Virus record (IMG/VR): IMGVR_UViG_3300038312_000391
Location: 1 to 47,469 of that record
Reading direction: 5' to 3' (one strand)
DNA from: a virus
Lineage: Duplodnaviria > Caudoviricetes
Length of the DNA stretch: 47,469 nt
Part shown: positions 44,263-47,469 of the stretch, piece by piece
How positions within the stretch are numbered: position 1 is the first letter of the stretch
Layout: every line of letters begins with the position of its first letter
Translations under genes and position numbers: made by a program
Notes under the pieces: model-generated
Told to the model about the DNA's origin: nothing
The model's input: only the letters and a program-made list of their open reading frames with translations
Database searches by the model: none

Positions 44263-44467
44263 TTCCGGCTTTCCGCAGCTCAATCGCCAGCCGCAGCTTT
44301 ATGATCTCAAGCCGGGATTTGCGGATGCCGAGCTGGCGGCAGATCTCCACTTCCGTATAGTTCGCCATCAGGAGATGGCAGACCAGGCGCTCGTCGTCTG
44401 CTTCAATCGTCAGCACGAACTGCTGGACGATGCGTCGGCGGCAACCGCCGTTCTGTCGATATTCCAT
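44252..44467 (-). CDS. Small HTH-like protein (copy 2)
   Basis: Homolog of 26140..26361. Confidence 0.6.
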   Translation of the reverse strand: MEYRQNGGCRRRIVQQFVLTIEADDERLVCHLLMANYTEVEICRQLGIRKSRLEIIKLRLAIELRKAGIRT

Positions 44468-44811
44468 GACTGTATCCTTATATATGCCATGCCGCCGGGC
44501 GGCATGGGTTCCTGTTTGATGACGGTCAGCTTGCGAATCAGGCTGTCGTCCTCGTAAAGCCCTCCGTGCGTGAACGCGTCGAGCATTATTTTTAGGGAAT
44601 TGTCGATGTCACGGCGGCGGTTGTCGGGCGGGTAGAGTTCGATATGAAGCTCGACCGCCCCGGCGAACATCTCCGTTTTTTCCGCCTTCAGCTTCGCCAC
44701 GACCAACTCCCGGTACCGCCGCCCCTCGCGGCTGATGAGCACGCGGGGGCCGACATGACGGTAGTAATGGTTCACGCTCGGAGGGTATGGCAGTTCCAGC
44801 TCGCGGGTCAC
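44410..44811 (-). CDS. rusA: RusA family resolvase (copy 2)
   Basis: LPYPPSVNHYY, RRRDIDNSLK and DDSLI motifs; GTGA overlap. Confidence 0.92.
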   Translation of the reverse strand: MTRELELPYPPSVNHYYRHVGPRVLISREGRRYRELVVAKLKAEKTEMFAGAVELHIELYPPDNRRRDIDNSLKIMLDAFTHGGLYEDDSLIRKLTVIKQEPMPPGGMAYIRIQSWNIDRTAVAADASSSSSC

Positions 44812-45269
44812 TGACCGCGCGCCCACGGCGGCTTCGCGCCGGTCGGCTGCGGCTCGGGAGCCGCCGCATTCACGCCGGAAGCCTTCGGCGCATAGCCTTT
44901 GATTTCGTTGGTGAACTCGCCATCCTGGTTCTTGCGGCAGCGGACGGTGACGGTAAGCGGCAGATTATGAAGCTCGATGGAGTCTTTCGGCTGCGGCACG
45001 TTGATGGCGCGGCAGATCGCCGAAAGGTCGGCGCGGGCGAATTGGACAGCCTGAGCGTTGCGATTTTCGAGGTTAAGCCGCGTCCAGAGCTTGCGGCTCT
45101 TGTACGTCCCCTCGATGATCTCGAAGGTGAATTCGAGATACTGCCCATCGCCGTTTTTGGTCGGTTTCATCTCCGACTCGATGATGACCGCCTGGTATTT
45201 CCCGGCGGGGATGGCATCGATCCCGACCGAGGGTTCGACTTCGTTCGCGTTGAAATTGAGAGTCGCCAT
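44808..45269 (-). CDS. DUF669 family putative SSB (copy 2)
   Basis: Homolog of 26702..27160. Confidence 0.82.
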   Translation of the reverse strand: MATLNFNANEVEPSVGIDAIPAGKYQAVIIESEMKPTKNGDGQYLEFTFEIIEGTYKSRKLWTRLNLENRNAQAVQFARADLSAICRAINVPQPKDSIELHNLPLTVTVRCRKNQDGEFTNEIKGYAPKASGVNAAAPEPQPTGAKPPWARGQ

Positions 45270-45295
45270 GATGTTTCTTTCCTTTATATTGTTGT

Positions 45296-45511
45296 TTACG
45301 CCAATGCCATGGCGCGGTTGAAAATTTGCGGAACCGGCTTGACCGGAGGCGGGCAGATTACCGCCGCTGCTCCGGGGCAGCTGATGTGCTCGTTGTAATG
45401 GCCGCGAGTGTATTCGTCATGGACTTGGTAGTACCATTCCCCGGCACGGATGACCGCGCCGCAGGCGTCGCAGCGCAGGTCGAGACATGCCCTAACTTTT
45501 CTTTCGTGCAT
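45296..45511 (-). CDS. Small zinc-finger-like protein (copy 2)
   Basis: CDACG...EHISCP; homolog of 27177..27395. Confidence 0.62.
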   Translation of the reverse strand: MHERKVRACLDLRCDACGAVIRAGEWYYQVHDEYTRGHYNEHISCPGAAAVICPPPVKPVPQIFNRAMALA

Positions 45512-45635
45512 TTTTCACCTCGTAGACCTTGCGGTCTTTGAATTCTTCCTGTTTACCCTTGTTCCAGTTCACGACCGGGCGGAAATATCCGCAGACGCGG
45601 CTGAACACCTCGCAGATCGCGCCGCACCTACTCAT
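45492..45635 (-). CDS. Stand-alone NrdD glycyl-radical-loop microprotein (copy 2, 47 aa)
   Basis: MSRCGAICEVFSRVCGYFRPVVNWNKGKQEEF. Confidence 0.82.
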   Translation of the reverse strand: MSRCGAICEVFSRVCGYFRPVVNWNKGKQEEFKDRKVYEVKNARKKS

Positions 45636-46395
45636 GACGCGCCCCCTGATACGCTTCGATGAAAGCATCCCACGAGAGCGGCAGTTCGGGCGGCAGGCCG
45701 AAGCGGTTCTTGGCGATGCAGGCGGGACTGCCGACCGTGCGGACGATGCGTTCGCCGCCGTCCGCGCCGATGGGGGCGGCGATGGCGCGTTCCCCGGAGA
45801 ATCCGGCGTTTTCCTTCTGGACACGGAGCTTCTTGTTGGCGAACAACACCGCATCGACCCATTCCGAAAGCAGCGACGCGGCATGCTTGTGGAGGCGCGG
45901 CGTATAACGGTCATAGGCGGCGTTCTCCGGATCTTCGAAACGCTCGATCTTGGCGTGGGCGACCAGGATCACCAGCATCCCACGTTTGTCGCGGAGTTCT
46001 TCCAAGAGATGGACGATCTTGCGCCAGTGCGCCAAAGCATGGGTGTAACCACGTCCATAGCCGCCGTCTGCTTTTTCAATCGAGCGGACACCATATTCTC
46101 GGCATACATCTTCGAAAATCAGCCGCTCCAGCCAGTCGGCGGAATCGATCACGACCGACTGGAAATCGTGCTGTTCGTCACGCAGTGCGGTCAACTCCGC
46201 GAGGATTTCCGAGACGGTTTTCGCCAGCGGAAACTTCGAGCAGTCGATTTCTCCCAACCCGTCCTCGGTCTGGATGAAGATCGGTTTCGGGGCGGACGCG
46301 CCGAAGGTCGATTTACCCACTCCTTCGCTGCCGTAAATCATGATGCGCGGGGGACGGCTTTCCCGTCCGGTTTGAATGTTGTCGAGCATTCCCAT
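45628..46395 (-). CDS. AAA_24/Sak4-like ATPase (copy 2)
   Basis: GSEGVGKST, VIDSADWLE, GGYGRGY and AKNR motifs. Confidence 0.9.
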   Translation of the reverse strand: MGMLDNIQTGRESRPPRIMIYGSEGVGKSTFGASAPKPIFIQTEDGLGEIDCSKFPLAKTVSEILAELTALRDEQHDFQSVVIDSADWLERLIFEDVCREYGVRSIEKADGGYGRGYTHALAHWRKIVHLLEELRDKRGMLVILVAHAKIERFEDPENAAYDRYTPRLHKHAASLLSEWVDAVLFANKKLRVQKENAGFSGERAIAAPIGADGGERIVRTVGSPACIAKNRFGLPPELPLSWDAFIEAYQGARHE

Positions 46396-46415
46396 TTTTG
46401 TTTTTTTCCTTGAAA

Positions 46416-47216
46416 TTAAAGATTGTCAATGATTCTGATTTCTTCATAGCCAGTCGGCCATGCACCAGTAGCAAGGCACGAGCGGTAGCGTTCGAGCGCG
46501 GCTTGGTTGACCAGCTCCGCCTCGTCCAGCACTTCCGGCGTAAGATGCCATACGCCGGTCGAGAACGGCTCGCTCTTTTCGACGGCGACGATGTGTACGG
46601 GGACGGTTTTACCGGTCGCTTCGCGGATGACGGCGCGGTAGAATGCCAGCTGGTGAACGTAGCCGTAACGCCGTGCATCGCTCTCGAACCAGCGGAGCGA
46701 GTCGCAGGTCTTGAGGTCGACCAGCCCGTACTCCGGCGAATACCAGTCCATACGGATCTGACAGGGGACGCCACAATACTCCGTGCGGACAACGCCCTCC
46801 GCCACACCATCGGTCAATAGCAGCGAAGCCGCCTGATGGAGCCAGACGGAGGTCTGCAATTTCAGCAGAAAACCGTAGTCCTTGCCGGAAACCACCTCGC
46901 GTTCCTGCGAGGCGAGCCATTCGGCATACGCCTTGGTCTTCGCCCCGAACGCCTCGCCGGTCTTGGGGTTGACTGGTCCGTCCGCCACGATGTAGTCGCA
47001 GTCGAAAGCCTGCCGACCTTCGAGAATCAGACAGTGCGTGGCGCGGCCAATGGTGAAAGCGGCAGACTCGCTCTCCGCGATTTCGCCGAGGATTTTCTTG
47101 CGGTAGAGCGCCGGACTCTGCCGGAAGTCGCCCAGCATGTGGCTGGACATGAATTTGCCACTGCGGCTCCGGTCATGGTATTCGCCAGCCGGTTCGTGGG
47201 TAATGAAGTCAAGCAT
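46416..47216 (-). CDS. RecE-like PD-(D/E)XK nuclease (copy 2)
   Basis: Homolog of 28309..29115; GGAG RBS before ATG 47216. Confidence 0.88.
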   Translation of the reverse strand: MLDFITHEPAGEYHDRSRSGKFMSSHMLGDFRQSPALYRKKILGEIAESESAAFTIGRATHCLILEGRQAFDCDYIVADGPVNPKTGEAFGAKTKAYAEWLASQEREVVSGKDYGFLLKLQTSVWLHQAASLLLTDGVAEGVVRTEYCGVPCQIRMDWYSPEYGLVDLKTCDSLRWFESDARRYGYVHQLAFYRAVIREATGKTVPVHIVAVEKSEPFSTGVWHLTPEVLDEAELVNQAALERYRSCLATGAWPTGYEEIRIIDNL

Positions 47217-47469
47217 TTTTTTCTCCCTGTTCAATATTGAAGTATCTGCGGAACGCCTGCGAGAAATACGGAGGCGTGAATCCGTTGTGGTAAAATCTTC
47301 TGAAGTCGTCCTTGCGGAGTTCAAACACCGCCGCAAACCGGAGAACGTTCCACTTGAGTTCCGTTCGGGCGGTTGTGACCACATCCCCGATGGTCACGGG
47401 CATGGTCTCGTATTTCGTCTCGATCAATTGCTGAAGATTTTTCAGCGCCAGTTTTTGTTTTTTTGTCAT
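47209..47469 (-). CDS. Hypothetical protein (may extend beyond the window)
   Basis: 86 aa ORF overlapping the RecE-like start; no counterpart in element 1. Confidence 0.55.
   Translation of the reverse strand: MTKKQKLALKNLQQLIETKYETMPVTIGDVVTTARTELKWNVLRFAAVFELRKDDFRRFYHNGFTPPYFSQAFRRYFNIEQGEKNA

Larger units (their letters stand above)
36353..47469 (-). mobile_element. Prophage element 2 (related replication block; continues beyond the right edge)
   Basis: Eleven genes homologous and collinear with element 1 region 16120-29115. Confidence 0.88.

Noticed and set aside
1-47469. Diversity-generating retroelement, retron, group II intron or IS transposase
   Set aside because: No reverse transcriptase or transposase motifs recognised in the ORF track, and no TR/VR-like repeat pair noticed by eye.

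Overview
The whole window is prophage-like DNA made of two related, diverged elements in tandem, with core genes on the minus strand. Element 1 (1 to about 36230) runs, read right to left, through: XRE/ImmA regulators plus two unknown genes; a DUF2924/large serine recombinase module; a sigma-like gene; a RecE-like/AAA/mini-NrdD/SSB/RusA/helicase/primase replication-recombination operon; a candidate origin and packaging site; a ParB-methyltransferase; terminase; a C5 methyltransferase; portal; a protease-capsid fusion; and head-tail, tail-tube, chaperone and tape-measure genes (siphovirus-like). Element 2 (36353 to the window end) repeats the block from the RecE-like gene to the ParB-methyltransferase, carries an intein in its helicase, and stops at a tRNA/tmRNA-3'-like junction. 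Plus-strand accessory cassettes (Fic, AbrB-Doc, HARE-HTH, Fur-QueD-like, DinJ-YafQ) sit at gene junctions. The most notable hidden structure is: a nested alternative-frame ORF in a multi-TRD cytosine methyltransferase; a 34-bp motif repeated three times upstream of operons; stand-alone NrdD glycyl-radical-loop microproteins; an in-frame 141-bp palindromic insertion in a head gene; TGTAA-N10-TTACA operators linking XRE/ImmA to an unknown two-gene operon; and intein-plus and intein-minus helicase alleles side by side. All product calls come from motif recognition and synteny, not database searches. No complete RNA gene, CRISPR array or host housekeeping gene was seen.
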